Part shown: piece after piece, positions 1 through 10,146 of the stretch | Position numbering within the stretch: position 1 is the stretch's first letter | Layout of the letters: each line of letters opens with the position of its first letter | Virus record (IMG/VR): IMGVR_UViG_3300025073_000027 | Coordinates: 73,723-137,722 of that record | Origin: a virus | Direction: 5' to 3' (one strand) | Length of the DNA stretch: 64,000 bases | Position numbers and translations under genes: made by a program | Notes under the pieces: generated by a model | Seen by the model: only the letters and a program-made list of their open reading frames with translations | Told to the model about the DNA's origin: nothing | The model's database searches: none

Positions 1-1
1 T

Positions 2-3000
2 GTTCGTTTATTAAATATACAATCTTTAGTAAATATAAAGTATGGTGCAGCAAAAGAGGGCATAACTTTATATAGCGATGCTATTGATAATAATTCAAAA
101 GCAATACAAAATAATATTGATTGGTTAAAAAGACGCGCAGAATTTGAAGCAAGAGAATTTTTAATTAGAAATAAACGCACTATTGAAGAAGCTAAAAAAG
201 GATTAAGTGAATCAATAAGAAGAGATCCTACCGATGTATTTGGATATGAAAGTCCTAAAACTTTATATGAAGAGCGAGATTATTTATCTAAAAGACTTGA
301 ATTAGAGGGAGATTTATTTGGGCTTACGCAAAGGCGCTTAGATAAAATAAACGATGAAATTTATGCATATGAACAAATATTATTAGTTGCAGAAGAATAT
401 AGAAATCTATTAATATTTATTAATGATGTTTCCCCTGATTTTTCTGATGCTGGTGTTCATAATATGTTAAATTCTCTTGGAATTGTTGGAGAATTAACGG
501 AACAATATAAAGGTTTAACTGATACTCTAAAATCTTTAGGTGAAACCTCCGATATAGTTTATTCTACAATCCGTAAAAATGCTGAAGGAACACTTACTTT
601 TGCTGATATTCAAAAACTTGGTGAATCTTATGAAGATTATATTGATATTCTTGAAATAGAGGGTGATCGAGTATCAATTAATACTGATAAATTACAAGAA
701 TATAATATCGCTAATATTGAAGCATCACTTAGTAAGGCGCAACTTGCTTTAGCTACAGATACAAGCAATGAAAAACTCCAAAAAGAAGTATTAGTATTAG
801 AAGCATATCTTTCTCAAGCAAAGAAAGCAACAGATCAATCTAGAGATTTTGTAAATAATTTTAATACAATGATTGATACTGTAACTGCCAGTATGTCTAA
901 AGAAGAATTATCTGGTGGTTTTGATATATTGAGTAGAAAATTAATTGAAGTAAATGGTCAATTCGAAGATGGTGTAATTACAGCTAAAGAATATGCGGAT
1001 GGGATTAATGATGCTTTAAAGAGTATTGATTTTGATCAAGTATTTAAATCTAAAGATTCTGCTGAAATATTCTTTTCTGGAATGGTTGCAAATGCGGCAC
1101 AATCATTAAGTCAAATGAATTCAGAATTTAATGCTGGAAGTATTTTGTTTTCAGAGTACACCGATTCTCTTGTTAGTTTTGCAGGAGTAATGGATACTAT
1201 TAGTGGTTTAACTCAAAATCTGGCAGAGGCATTTGGGGATGCTGGTGATATTGTCAGTACAATTGCAGATGAAACTACAGGCGGGTTTAGTAGAATTGCT
1301 GATGGTATGCGAGAATTGCAAGAATTACAAGAAACAAATGTTTTAATGGAATCTGCTGTAGCACAAATTCGTTCTGCTGCAATTCAGCAAGGTACAGAAG
1401 ATTATAATATTTTAATGGATAAGATTGCTGAATCTGCTTGGGCAACTAGTCAAAATTGGGTTGATATGGATGGTCAAGCATTTACTTCGGCAGAAAATTT
1501 AGCAACATATTTAAAGGGTAGCACATCTAATTTCTTTAATTTTGCTAATCAAACTGCGAGTGCTTCGGGTACAGCCATTAAAAATATTATGACTGGTGCG
1601 GGAACAGTATTAGAAGCATTAGGAAAAGCAATTCAAAATTTTGATGCCAAAATAACTTTTACTCCAAAATTAAAAGGACCAGTAGATTTTGCTGCTATTA
1701 TTGGTGGTAAACCCATTAATGATTGGTTTCAAATGCCAAGTATTGAATTTGATATTACTGGTTCAGGTGGTGAATCTGTTCAAGGTTTAGGAAAGGCTAT
1801 TTCTGCCTTTGGTTCAAGTTTAATTCCTAAAAGCCCTGGTGGTGGTTGGAGAGATGCGGGGGCGGGTGTACGAGATGATGGTGATCCATTTGGTTTTGAT
1901 TGGACTATTTATGAAAAAGAATTAAATCAAGTAAGTGGTAATGCTGGTAAAGCCGCTAATGCAGCTAAAGATTTAGAAGATGCTCTTGGTGGTGCTGGTA
2001 AGGTTGCAAAAGAAGATCAAAAAAGTATTGCCGATTTATTCAATTTGGTTATTGATAAAATCAAACAAGAAAAGAAGGAACAAAAAGAACTTCTTAAACA
2101 ACAGCAAGAAACAATAAAAGCACAGCAAGAGGCGTTGAAAGAACAACTTAATGCTTATAAAGACATTATTGATGTTCGAAAAGCATTATTGGATACTCAA
2201 AAAGAAGAATTAAATTATGCTGATGAAATAGCAGATAAGAATAAATCAATTGCTCGTTTACAAGATGAACTTGCTACTTTGGCATTAGATGATTCTTTGG
2301 AATCTCAGGCAAGACAACTTGAATTAAAGAATGAACTTGCTGAACAGATGGAGGATCTTGCACGTACTCAAAGAGATCATCAATTTGATGAACAAAAAAC
2401 TGCATTGGATGCAGAATATGAAACTTATAGAAAATCTATAGAAATTCAAGATGCTCTATTACAACAGCAATATGACGCAATAGATCTGCAAATAAAAATA
2501 ATTGAAGAATTTTTATCTAAATCTGGAATAATCGCTCAAGAAGCATTGCGTAGAATCGCAGAACAAGCTCCTGGATTATATCAATCATTAATTGATTGGA
2601 ATTCTGAATATGGAAGTGGCATTGATCGCGATGTTACAGATGCGTGGAACGAAGCATATGAAGCATTATCAAGATATGTAGATTTAATAGATGCTTTACG
2701 TGGTACTAGCGAATATGGCGATGTTCTTCTTAGCACAACATTTCCAACACATCATACCGGATTAGCTTCTGGCCCTGTTGGTGGAGTTAAAACACCAACA
2801 AATGAAGTGTTTTCTAAATTAATGGCTGGAGAAATTATTCTTAATGAAAATGATATGCTTGGAATTATTCGTAGAATTCCTGAAATAGCTGGTAAATTAC
2901 AAACTGCTTCTACTCCTATGGGTTTAACAATAGCGGGTAATTTGATTAATATTGAAGGTAATGTAGATGAAAACGTTATGGAAGATATAAAGAAAATTGC

Positions 3001-3079
3001 CGATAAAGTTATGAATCAAATTAATCAATCTCTTTTAAGAAGGGGTTATACAAGAGGAGCGCAATTGTTTCAGTTTTAG
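2..3079 (+). CDS. Tape measure protein, C-terminal part (5'-truncated by window edge)
   Basis: Frame is open from position 2 into the ORF-track start at 464; long Ala/Gly/Glu-rich helical protein with a coiled coil and a C-terminal 'HHTG..G.V...EV...L..GE.IL' motif typical of TMP ends; precedes a Dit-like gene. Confidence 0.85.
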   Translation, partial: VRLLNIQSLVNIKYGAAKEGITLYSDAIDNNSKAIQNNIDWLKRRAEFEAREFLIRNKRTIEEAKKGLSESIRRDPTDVFGYESPKTLYEERDYLSKRLELEGDLFGLTQRRLDKINDEIYAYEQILLVAEEYRNLLIFINDVSPDFSDAGVHNMLNSLGIVGELTEQYKGLTDTLKSLGETSDIVYSTIRKNAEGTLTFADIQKLGESYEDYIDILEIEGDRVSINTDKLQEYNIANIEASLSKAQLALATDTSNEKLQKEVLVLEAYLSQAKKATDQSRDFVNNFNTMIDTVTASMSKEELSGGFDILSRKLIEVNGQFEDGVITAKEYADGINDALKSIDFDQVFKSKDSAEIFFSGMVANAAQSLSQMNSEFNAGSILFSEYTDSLVSFAGVMDTISGLTQNLAEAFGDAGDIVSTIADETTGGFSRIADGMRELQELQETNVLMESAVAQIRSAAIQQGTEDYNILMDKIAESAWATSQNWVDMDGQAFTSAENLATYLKGSTSNFFNFANQTASASGTAIKNIMTGAGTVLEALGKAIQNFDAKITFTPKLKGPVDFAAIIGGKPINDWFQMPSIEFDITGSGGESVQGLGKAISAFGSSLIPKSPGGGWRDAGAGVRDDGDPFGFDWTIYEKELNQVSGNAGKAANAAKDLEDALGGAGKVAKEDQKSIADLFNLVIDKIKQEKKEQKELLKQQQETIKAQQEALKEQLNAYKDIIDVRKALLDTQKEELNYADEIADKNKSIARLQDELATLALDDSLESQARQLELKNELAEQMEDLARTQRDHQFDEQKTALDAEYETYRKSIEIQDALLQQQYDAIDLQIKIIEEFLSKSGIIAQEALRRIAEQAPGLYQSLIDWNSEYGSGIDRDVTDAWNEAYEALSRYVDLIDALRGTSEYGDVLLSTTFPTHHTGLASGPVGGVKTPTNEVFSKLMAGEIILNENDMLGIIRRIPEIAGKLQTASTPMGLTIAGNLINIEGNVDENVMEDIKKIADKVMNQINQSLLRRGYTRGAQLFQF

Positions 3080-3109
3080 TTTTATATAATTAGATTTTAT
3101 TTTATTGAG

Positions 3110-3141
3110 GAAAGAGGGATTATTCTAGTCCCTCTTTCTTT
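3110..3141 (+). terminator. Stem-loop, possible weak intrinsic terminator
   Basis: GAAAGAGGGAT-TATTCTA-GTCCCTCTTTC followed by TTT. Confidence 0.5.
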
Positions 3142-3173
3142 AATATTTTATAAAGTATTGAAGGAGGTAGCGT

Positions 3174-3968
3174 ATGGGATTTTATTCTCGCAGTTTCGTG
3201 TATAACAATATCCCAAGCGAACAATTTAATTTAGAAATTGCTAATATTGAAGGTGGAACAAGTTCTAATCCTGGTTCTGGATCAGTAGATATTATTGAGC
3301 AATTTATTTTTCGGCGTAGTGTCCCGTTTTTCTATGGAGTTAAATGGTCTAAGAAGCTTGAATTTCCAGTTTCATTTTTTTCTCCTGATGAAATTAGTGC
3401 AGTTGATATATCTTATATTTCCTCATGGTTATTTGGGCATTTGTCTTATAAAAGACTTGAACTTTCTCAACCGGATATGAGTGGAATATATTTAAATTGT
3501 ATTTTTACAGATCCGAGGATAATACGTGCAGGAAATAATATATTTGGTATTTCAGGTACTTGTGTGGCAGATTCACAATTTGCTTGGAAATATCCTGAAA
3601 CCACCACATATAATTACGGCAGTTCAATTGTTTCAGGTAGTACGATTTTTTATAATAATTCTCATTATCAAGGTTATTTATATCCAGATATGACAATTAC
3701 AACTGGTTCTGCCACAGCAGGAATTACTATTGTAAATATGTCTGATGATGATAGAGAATTTGTTTTTACTGAATTGTCTCCTTATGAAACACTTACTATT
3801 AATAATGATTTAGGAATTATTACCAGTTCTTTAGGAACAAGAAGGTTAGCTAATTTTAATAAAAATTTCTTTAGATTTGTTCCAGGTTTAAATAATTTAT
3901 CATTTTCGGGAAGTAACATTAATCAAATAACAATGACTTATTCATTTGCCCGAAGAATTGGGGGATAA
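3174..3968 (+). CDS. Distal tail protein (Dit), SPbeta YomH-like
   Basis: Follows TMP; 'F.YN.I.S..F.L' start and 'F.RF.PG.N.L' end typical of Dit; AAGGAGGT RBS. Confidence 0.75.
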   Translation: MGFYSRSFVYNNIPSEQFNLEIANIEGGTSSNPGSGSVDIIEQFIFRRSVPFFYGVKWSKKLEFPVSFFSPDEISAVDISYISSWLFGHLSYKRLELSQPDMSGIYLNCIFTDPRIIRAGNNIFGISGTCVADSQFAWKYPETTTYNYGSSIVSGSTIFYNNSHYQGYLYPDMTITTGSATAGITIVNMSDDDREFVFTELSPYETLTINNDLGIITSSLGTRRLANFNKNFFRFVPGLNNLSFSGSNINQITMTYSFARRIGG

Positions 3969-3971
3969 TAT

Positions 3972-5747
3972 ATGGAAATTAATTTTAATGTTTTTGATCA
4001 AATTGAAAAACCATCCATTTCGCTCTGCAATCCTGAACGCACTCAATTATATTCTTTAAATGCTTGTTATAACACATTAATGAAACTTAGATGGAATGGT
4101 CAATCGGAATTTATATTTACTTATCCTCAACAAGTAGGTGATATAGAATTAGATGCATTTGATTATCTTGAAGGAAAAAGAGAAATATTAATAGAAGGAA
4201 TAGGATATTTTCAAATTACAGATGTTCAAGATGATTCAGATGGTACACCCAATATTAAAACAGTAACTTGCTATTCTCAAGATTCCGAGTTGGTTTATAA
4301 AAAGGTATTAAGATTTTCGGGAACATATTCATTTAGCGATTTAATGACAACTATTCTTGAATTAGTTCCCGAATGGTCTTTAGGAACTATACATGCTGAT
4401 TTGTTAAGCGTGAGTAGAACTTTTGATATAAGTGATTCAAATGTTTATCAATTTTTAACTAAAGATGTTTCTGCCGCCTTTGATTGTGTATTTATTTTTG
4501 GATATATTGATAAAACAATATCTGCGATTCCTACTAGTTATCCACCGTTAGAAACAGATATATTTTTATCATTTGATAATTTAATTAAACATACTGAATA
4601 TAAAGAAGTAACTAGTGAAATTGCTACTTGCTTATATTGCTATGGAGGCAATGATTTAACAATACGTTATGTTAATCCGTTAGGTACTAATGCAATTTAT
4701 GATTTTACATATTATAAAACTACAGATTGGATGTCTCAAGGATTAGTTGATGCTTTAACTATTTGGGAAACTAGTGCAAGTGCTATTCAAATATCTTATG
4801 CTGATTTAGTAGAGAGTTTAAGCACTTATCAAACAGATATGTTAAATTATCAATCGCAATTAGTTGAACTTGAAACTCAATTGGCGATATATAGAGAATT
4901 AAAAATTGTTCAAGAATTACAAGAACTAGATACTACTGTAGTAGATGCTCAAATTGCTCAATGGGAATTATATGTAATACAACAGAATTCATTAATTTCT
5001 CAAACTCAAACTACTATAGATGATATAACAAGTCAATTAACTGAGATAAATTCTGATCTTTCTTTTACAAATACAGATAATTTCACAGATGATCAATATT
5101 TGGAATTAAGCAATTTTATATTTGAAAATATATATCAAAATGATAGTATTTTAATTACTGATTCAATGACTTTTCCAGAAATACAAGATCAATCTCAATT
5201 ATTATATGATATGGCATTAGATGTATTAGCAAAAGTATCATTGCCTCGCTATCAAATTACTATTAATTCAGTTAATTTCTTAGCATTAAAAGAATATGAG
5301 CCATTTATTGAACAATTAACTTTGGGAGATCAAATAACTGTTGACAGCGGTAAAGGATATATGATTGATGCTACTTTATTAGAAGTAGATTTTAGTTATG
5401 ATAATCCTGAGGAATTTACAATAATTCTTGGAAATAGACAAAGATTAGGTGATGCAAATTTTGTATTTGCTGATTTATTTGGTCAAAGTTTAAGTACATC
5501 TTCATATAGTTCAGCAAGTGGAAGCAGTATTGGTGAAACATGGGTAATGGAAGATTTAACTGGACAAATAGGAGTATCTTTTTATACTGCTCAAACTTAT
5601 ATTGCTGATTCATTAAGAATTTATGTAAATGGTATTTTACAAAGAAAACTATATACATATACGGAAAGTGTTAGTTTACAATCTTTTACTATGCTTGATG
5701 AAGTATTAACTGATGATACTCTTGTAATTGAATATAGAATAGCTTAA
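3972..5747 (+). CDS. Tail-associated (Tal-like) hub/spike protein
   Basis: Follows Dit; hub-like N-terminus, central coiled coil, 'L.LGD.I.V' C-terminal motif. Confidence 0.7.
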   Translation: MEINFNVFDQIEKPSISLCNPERTQLYSLNACYNTLMKLRWNGQSEFIFTYPQQVGDIELDAFDYLEGKREILIEGIGYFQITDVQDDSDGTPNIKTVTCYSQDSELVYKKVLRFSGTYSFSDLMTTILELVPEWSLGTIHADLLSVSRTFDISDSNVYQFLTKDVSAAFDCVFIFGYIDKTISAIPTSYPPLETDIFLSFDNLIKHTEYKEVTSEIATCLYCYGGNDLTIRYVNPLGTNAIYDFTYYKTTDWMSQGLVDALTIWETSASAIQISYADLVESLSTYQTDMLNYQSQLVELETQLAIYRELKIVQELQELDTTVVDAQIAQWELYVIQQNSLISQTQTTIDDITSQLTEINSDLSFTNTDNFTDDQYLELSNFIFENIYQNDSILITDSMTFPEIQDQSQLLYDMALDVLAKVSLPRYQITINSVNFLALKEYEPFIEQLTLGDQITVDSGKGYMIDATLLEVDFSYDNPEEFTIILGNRQRLGDANFVFADLFGQSLSTSSYSSASGSSIGETWVMEDLTGQIGVSFYTAQTYIADSLRIYVNGILQRKLYTYTESVSLQSFTMLDEVLTDDTLVIEYRIA

Positions 5748-5766
5748 TAATTAGAAAGGAGGTCGA

Positions 5767-6111
5767 ATGACATATAATACGTCATATTCCACGATCAATT
5801 CTTTGGGAGATATTCCTTTCGTTGGTGGAACAACTTATACATTATTTTTTGAATGTAATGATCAAAATGGAGGCGAGGTAGATTTAAGTGGGGCTACAGC
5901 GCGATGGAAAGCCGCTCCTTTTGGAACTTCGTATGCAGTAATTAATAAATCGGGTTCTATAATTTCCACAAATGTATTTGCTGTATATTTAAGTTCAGCA
6001 GATACTATTGCTTTAAGTGGTAAATTTAGTCATCAACCTCAAATTACTTTTGCAGATGGAACAGTTGTAATTCCAGCACAAGGAACAGTAACTATAGTTG
6101 GAGGTTTATAA
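5767..6111 (+). CDS. Baseplate upper protein (BppU N-terminal-like)
   Basis: 'VDLSGATA.W....' and 'LSSADT..LSG.F..Q' pattern; position in tail module; GGAGG RBS. Confidence 0.55.
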   Translation: MTYNTSYSTINSLGDIPFVGGTTYTLFFECNDQNGGEVDLSGATARWKAAPFGTSYAVINKSGSIISTNVFAVYLSSADTIALSGKFSHQPQITFADGTVVIPAQGTVTIVGGL

Positions 6112-6353
6112 TGCCCGTAACTCCCATTGAAGTAGAAAATACTTTATATATTTATATTGAAAGTAGTGGAAGTAGAGTTGTTAGAACAGGTTTACTTGGT
6201 TATTATGATCCTTTAATGATGACAGATTTATTTAATTTAACACTTGGAGAGCTATCAGTAAGAGATGATACATTACCTAGTTCAGTAGATGCAATAATTG
6301 ATGATCTTCCTGCTGGAATAAATGCTCACAAATTTGATTTAATAATAGGATAA
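6111..6353 (+). CDS. Hypothetical tail-module protein
   Basis: Start overlaps upstream stop (TAATG); GGAGG RBS. Confidence 0.55.
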   Translation: MPVTPIEVENTLYIYIESSGSRVVRTGLLGYYDPLMMTDLFNLTLGELSVRDDTLPSSVDAIIDDLPAGINAHKFDLIIG

Positions 6354-6358
6354 AAAAT

Positions 6359-7168
6359 ATGGGAAATACTGATAATTTAAATTTAGAAACTCATGATTTA
6401 GGAATAGATACAAATAGGGGTTTTGAAAGTTATCGAATGGGATTAAATGGTTCTGGTTCTATTTGCGATTATCCAGATAGTAATATGATGCTTATTTCTG
6501 ATTGGGCTGGAACTTTACCAATTGCAATGCTTGCATTATTATCTGTTACAAGTGCATCTGTAGCAACAGTAAATACATATGCTACTTCGGCTAGTAGTTC
6601 TGCATCTTCTTTATTAGCTGGAATTAATGCTGTAGATAGTAGGTTCGAAATAATAGATGAATTTTCAGGATCAGGACAAGCGGATTTTGATAGTATATCT
6701 CAAGATTATACTCATGTAATTATTATAGGTACTGCTGGTGTTAATCGAGGGGTAGATTTAGCTGATGTTGGATGTGATTTCAATGGAGATTCTGGTAGTT
6801 CTAATTATGCAACTGTTGAATGGATAAGGTCCGGTTCAGCGGGTGGAAGTGGAGGAAGTTCTGTTGACTTTGCTTCTTCATCAACTGCTCAAATTTTATT
6901 AGGAAATGTTTCTGGTTCTGTAAATAGCGGATATGGAGGTACATTTTTTGCTATTGTTCCATATTATTCTGGATCTACGGGTTTTTATAAAACGGCAATG
7001 GGCTTTTCTATGAATCATATGAGCGATTGGATGTCATCAATGAAAACGGGTGGTTATTGGCAAAGTGTAGATCCAATTACTAGAATTAGAATATTTGGAA
7101 GCGATAATACTGCTACACGCTATAATTTTTTAACTGGAACAAAAATTACATTATATGGTTTATTGTAA
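6359..7168 (+). CDS. Putative tail fibre/receptor-binding protein (paralog 1)
   Basis: Ser/Gly-rich; C-terminal domain clearly paralogous to 7180-7962 (IDEFS..GQADFD.I.Q..TH...GCDFNGD...FYKT.M.F...RIRIFG...GTK..LYG). Confidence 0.6.
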   Translation: MGNTDNLNLETHDLGIDTNRGFESYRMGLNGSGSICDYPDSNMMLISDWAGTLPIAMLALLSVTSASVATVNTYATSASSSASSLLAGINAVDSRFEIIDEFSGSGQADFDSISQDYTHVIIIGTAGVNRGVDLADVGCDFNGDSGSSNYATVEWIRSGSAGGSGGSSVDFASSSTAQILLGNVSGSVNSGYGGTFFAIVPYYSGSTGFYKTAMGFSMNHMSDWMSSMKTGGYWQSVDPITRIRIFGSDNTATRYNFLTGTKITLYGLL

Positions 7169-7179
7169 AGGAATAATAT

Positions 7180-7962
7180 ATGACTACTGAAAGCGTAAAT
7201 TTAAATTTAACACTGTATGACAATGATGGCGATCAATCTGGAAGTTTTATAACATGGGTACAAGATATGAGCGGTTCTAGCAATAGTAATATGACCAAAA
7301 TTGATGATTATGCTGGAAATATGAGCGGTTCACTCACAGGTATATCTACTTCTGTTAGTGGTTCAATGGTAAATATATCTGGATCTATGGCATCAATTAG
7401 TGGTTCTTTAGTTACACTTACTGCAAGTTTAGCAGAATTACAATTAAGATTACAAAAAATAGATGAATTTAGTGATGCTGGTCAAGCTGATTTTGATGAT
7501 ATTCCTCAAACATTTACACATCTTGTTATTATGGGAGTAGTTAATGTCAATCTAGTATATAATAGCAATGGTTTTGGATGTGATTTTAATGGCGATGCCA
7601 ATTCTGCTCATTATAATAATGTTACATGGATAAGATATAATACTCCCCCAACTGAATCATTTTCAGAAGATCTTACGGGAGAATTATTTTTAGGTAGTGC
7701 GCCAGGTAATACTAATTTACAATATGGTACACCTGTCCTTGCCATTATTCCTAATTATTCAGCAAGTGGAGGATTTTATAAAACTGGAATGAGTTTTACT
7801 ACTTATCATCTTGGAGGAACATATATAGTATCCTCAACACAAGGAGGAGTATGGAAAAGTACGGCGGCAATTAATAGGATTAGAATATTTGGATTATGGG
7901 CTGGTTCTACTCGATACGATTTTTCTGAGGGAACAAAATTATCGCTTTATGGTTTTGGTTAA
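7180..7962 (+). CDS. Putative tail fibre/receptor-binding protein (paralog 2)
   Basis: SGS-repeat stalk followed by the C-terminal domain shared with 6359-7168. Confidence 0.6.
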   Translation: MTTESVNLNLTLYDNDGDQSGSFITWVQDMSGSSNSNMTKIDDYAGNMSGSLTGISTSVSGSMVNISGSMASISGSLVTLTASLAELQLRLQKIDEFSDAGQADFDDIPQTFTHLVIMGVVNVNLVYNSNGFGCDFNGDANSAHYNNVTWIRYNTPPTESFSEDLTGELFLGSAPGNTNLQYGTPVLAIIPNYSASGGFYKTGMSFTTYHLGGTYIVSSTQGGVWKSTAAINRIRIFGLWAGSTRYDFSEGTKLSLYGFG

Positions 7963-8038
7963 ATAATAAAATTATAATTTATAAAATTATATATAATTTA
8001 CAAATTTATAAATAATAAAATAATAATAAGGAGAAATA

Positions 8039-8977
8039 ATGTCCGAAGTAATTGAAAATTTAGTAGGAACTGAACGACCTTTATGGCGAGATTATTCATA
8101 TTATCAACAACTGGTAAATTTTGATAAAGCGAAAGAAATTGGTGTTCAAGGAATGGCTGCTAGAGCAACTATTTCTTGGGGATATCAAGATTCTTGGTTT
8201 CCTAGAAATTGGGAAGAATCTAAACGAGTTAATATGTTTAGAACATCTTATCATGTTTTATATCCCGAAGAAGATATTTTAAGACAATTAGATAATTGGT
8301 ATAAAGTTCATCCTCATATTGATATTATTCCGAGGGTTATAGATCTTGAATTAGAACACGATCAAACACCAAATAAAATTGCTGATGTAACTTGGAGAAT
8401 GTCAGAAATTATATTTTCCAGAGATGGAATTAGGCCTATTATTTATTCTAGATATTTACTTATCAATAAATGGTTAGTATCTTGGACAACTGAAATGCTT
8501 AATATGCATTTTTGGTGGTTAGCACAATATTTATATGATCGCACTATTGAACATTCTGGACCTCCAACCCCTCCATTAAGAGTAAATCCAGAAAGAATAA
8601 TTTTACATCAAACTGCCGATAAAAAATTATCTATTGGTGAAACTATAGGAGCAGTAGATTATGATCGTTGGTGTATTGGTAATATTTTAAATCAAAATAA
8701 CTTTATTGATAGAGAGTGGATAAAAAAAAACGAATCTTCCTCCCTACCATCTTTAGATGAAACATCACAAGTTAAAAGTTTATTTAATAATTTAAGAGTA
8801 AGAAAAATTCCAAATAATACAACTAGTTCGTCTACAATAGTGGAATATTTATCTGAAAATGAAATAGTAGATGTTATTGAAGAAAAACAATTTGGAGATA
8901 ATATTTGGCTTAGAATAGGTTATAAGCAATGGATTGCTAAAAAACATCTTGGCACTTATTATGTTGATGAAGTTTAA
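8039..8977 (+). CDS. Endolysin, GH25 muramidase with C-terminal SH3-like domain
   Basis: 'D.SYYQ..VNF', 'YH', 'IDLE' (DxE), 'PIIYS', 'WLAQY', 'HQ', 'VDYD' GH25 motifs; 'NLRVR..P.......V....W.RIG..QWI' SH3b-like end. Confidence 0.85.
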   Translation: MSEVIENLVGTERPLWRDYSYYQQLVNFDKAKEIGVQGMAARATISWGYQDSWFPRNWEESKRVNMFRTSYHVLYPEEDILRQLDNWYKVHPHIDIIPRVIDLELEHDQTPNKIADVTWRMSEIIFSRDGIRPIIYSRYLLINKWLVSWTTEMLNMHFWWLAQYLYDRTIEHSGPPTPPLRVNPERIILHQTADKKLSIGETIGAVDYDRWCIGNILNQNNFIDREWIKKNESSSLPSLDETSQVKSLFNNLRVRKIPNNTTSSSTIVEYLSENEIVDVIEEKQFGDNIWLRIGYKQWIAKKHLGTYYVDEV

Positions 8978-8985
8978 GATGTTGT

Positions 8986-9744
8986 ATGGCAAATTTAATA
9001 TTTATCTTTCTATTTTTATTTAATTTAATATTACCAATAAATAATAACAATAATATAGATTATAAAAATGAATTAGAAAAATATAATATTATATTTACTG
9101 GTAATTGGTCTGAAACCAATTTATTTTATGTTTATTCGGGTATTGAATTAGTGGGAAATAAAATACTTGATTATTCTGATATTCAAGGCAATTCTATTGA
9201 TGCATTTGTATGGGCTTATAATATAACTAAAAGGAATCCATTTAAAATAGAATATTATGGTACAGGAAAAGTAGGAGGAATAGCGAGTTCTTCTAATAGA
9301 ATAGGGTTTTCTGGTTTTTATAGAAATTATTATTCTTTATGTGAAGACATAGAATTAAGTTCTATAAATTTAGTAATACATGAATTAGGACATGCTTTTG
9401 AATATTTGGTAGATGAAGAATTAGAGGTAGTTGAATTAATACCTTATATGGTATTAATAGATACAATAAAAAATACTTATTTTCCAACTAGGGACGGTAC
9501 AAATAATAATTTTGGTTTTTGCGGAATAAGGTGGGATTATCAACAAAGCCCAAGTATACATCCTAGAGAAGAATTTGCAGATATGTTTATAGGTTGGGTT
9601 TATGATTGTTGGGAGGATTCTGAAGATGGTAAATTGCGTAGTGAATTTATGGATATTCATATGTCGGTATGGTTAATATTAGTAATAAAAGAACATTTTT
9701 ATCATAAGAGTTACACATTTGGTAGTCGGTATTTTGTATATTAA
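8986..9744 (+). CDS. Putative secreted/membrane-anchored zinc metallopeptidase
   Basis: Hydrophobic N-terminus; HELGH (HExxH) and downstream EEFAD third-ligand motif. Confidence 0.6.
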   Translation: MANLIFIFLFLFNLILPINNNNNIDYKNELEKYNIIFTGNWSETNLFYVYSGIELVGNKILDYSDIQGNSIDAFVWAYNITKRNPFKIEYYGTGKVGGIASSSNRIGFSGFYRNYYSLCEDIELSSINLVIHELGHAFEYLVDEELEVVELIPYMVLIDTIKNTYFPTRDGTNNNFGFCGIRWDYQQSPSIHPREEFADMFIGWVYDCWEDSEDGKLRSEFMDIHMSVWLILVIKEHFYHKSYTFGSRYFVY

Positions 9745-9778
9745 TGGTGGTTTTTGATATTTATTGGTATTTTTATAT

Positions 9779-9817
9779 AAAAAAGAGACTCGATTTTATT
9801 CGAGTCTCTTTTTTTTT
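9779..9817. terminator. Bidirectional intrinsic terminator between convergent modules
   Basis: AAAAAAGAGACTCGA-TTTTAT-TCGAGTCTCTTTTTTTTT between the + structural and - metabolic operons. Confidence 0.9.
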
Positions 9818-9828
9818 ACGTTTTTGGA

Positions 9829-10146
9829 TTATTGTAGATAAGGTGGTAAATTTAATTGTTCTAACTTTTTAGAAAGTTTATTTGCTAATGCTTGTTCTAC
9901 ATCTACTCCTTCAGCAATTCCAGCAACAATAATCATCATTACAACGTCACCTAATTCTTTAGCGAGATCGTTTTTATCAAATTCTGGTTTATTTTCTGGA
10001 TTATTTCTTATCCATCCACCATCTCTAGATAAATCTAATTCGTATACTTCTCCTAATTCTGTATGAACAAATTTAAGTGCTTGATGAAAATCAGGCCATT
10101 TTAAATTACGTTTTATGTAATAATCTTTTATTATATCAATTAACAT
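9829..10146 (-). CDS. MazG-like nucleotide pyrophosphohydrolase
   Basis: 'TELGEV.E' and 'KELGDV' ExxE...ExxD motifs. Confidence 0.75.
   Translation of the reverse strand: MLIDIIKDYYIKRNLKWPDFHQALKFVHTELGEVYELDLSRDGGWIRNNPENKPEFDKNDLAKELGDVVMMIIVAGIAEGVDVEQALANKLSKKLEQLNLPPYLQ

Noticed and set aside
6359-7962. Diversity-generating retroelement TR/VR pair
   Set aside because: Differences are not adenine-specific, both copies are full genes, and there is no reverse transcriptase in the window.
7963-8038. TTATAA-rich low-complexity tracts (also near 14420, 40021, 54560, 63430)
   Set aside because: Cannot be distinguished by eye from AT-rich intergenic background; no fixed spacing.
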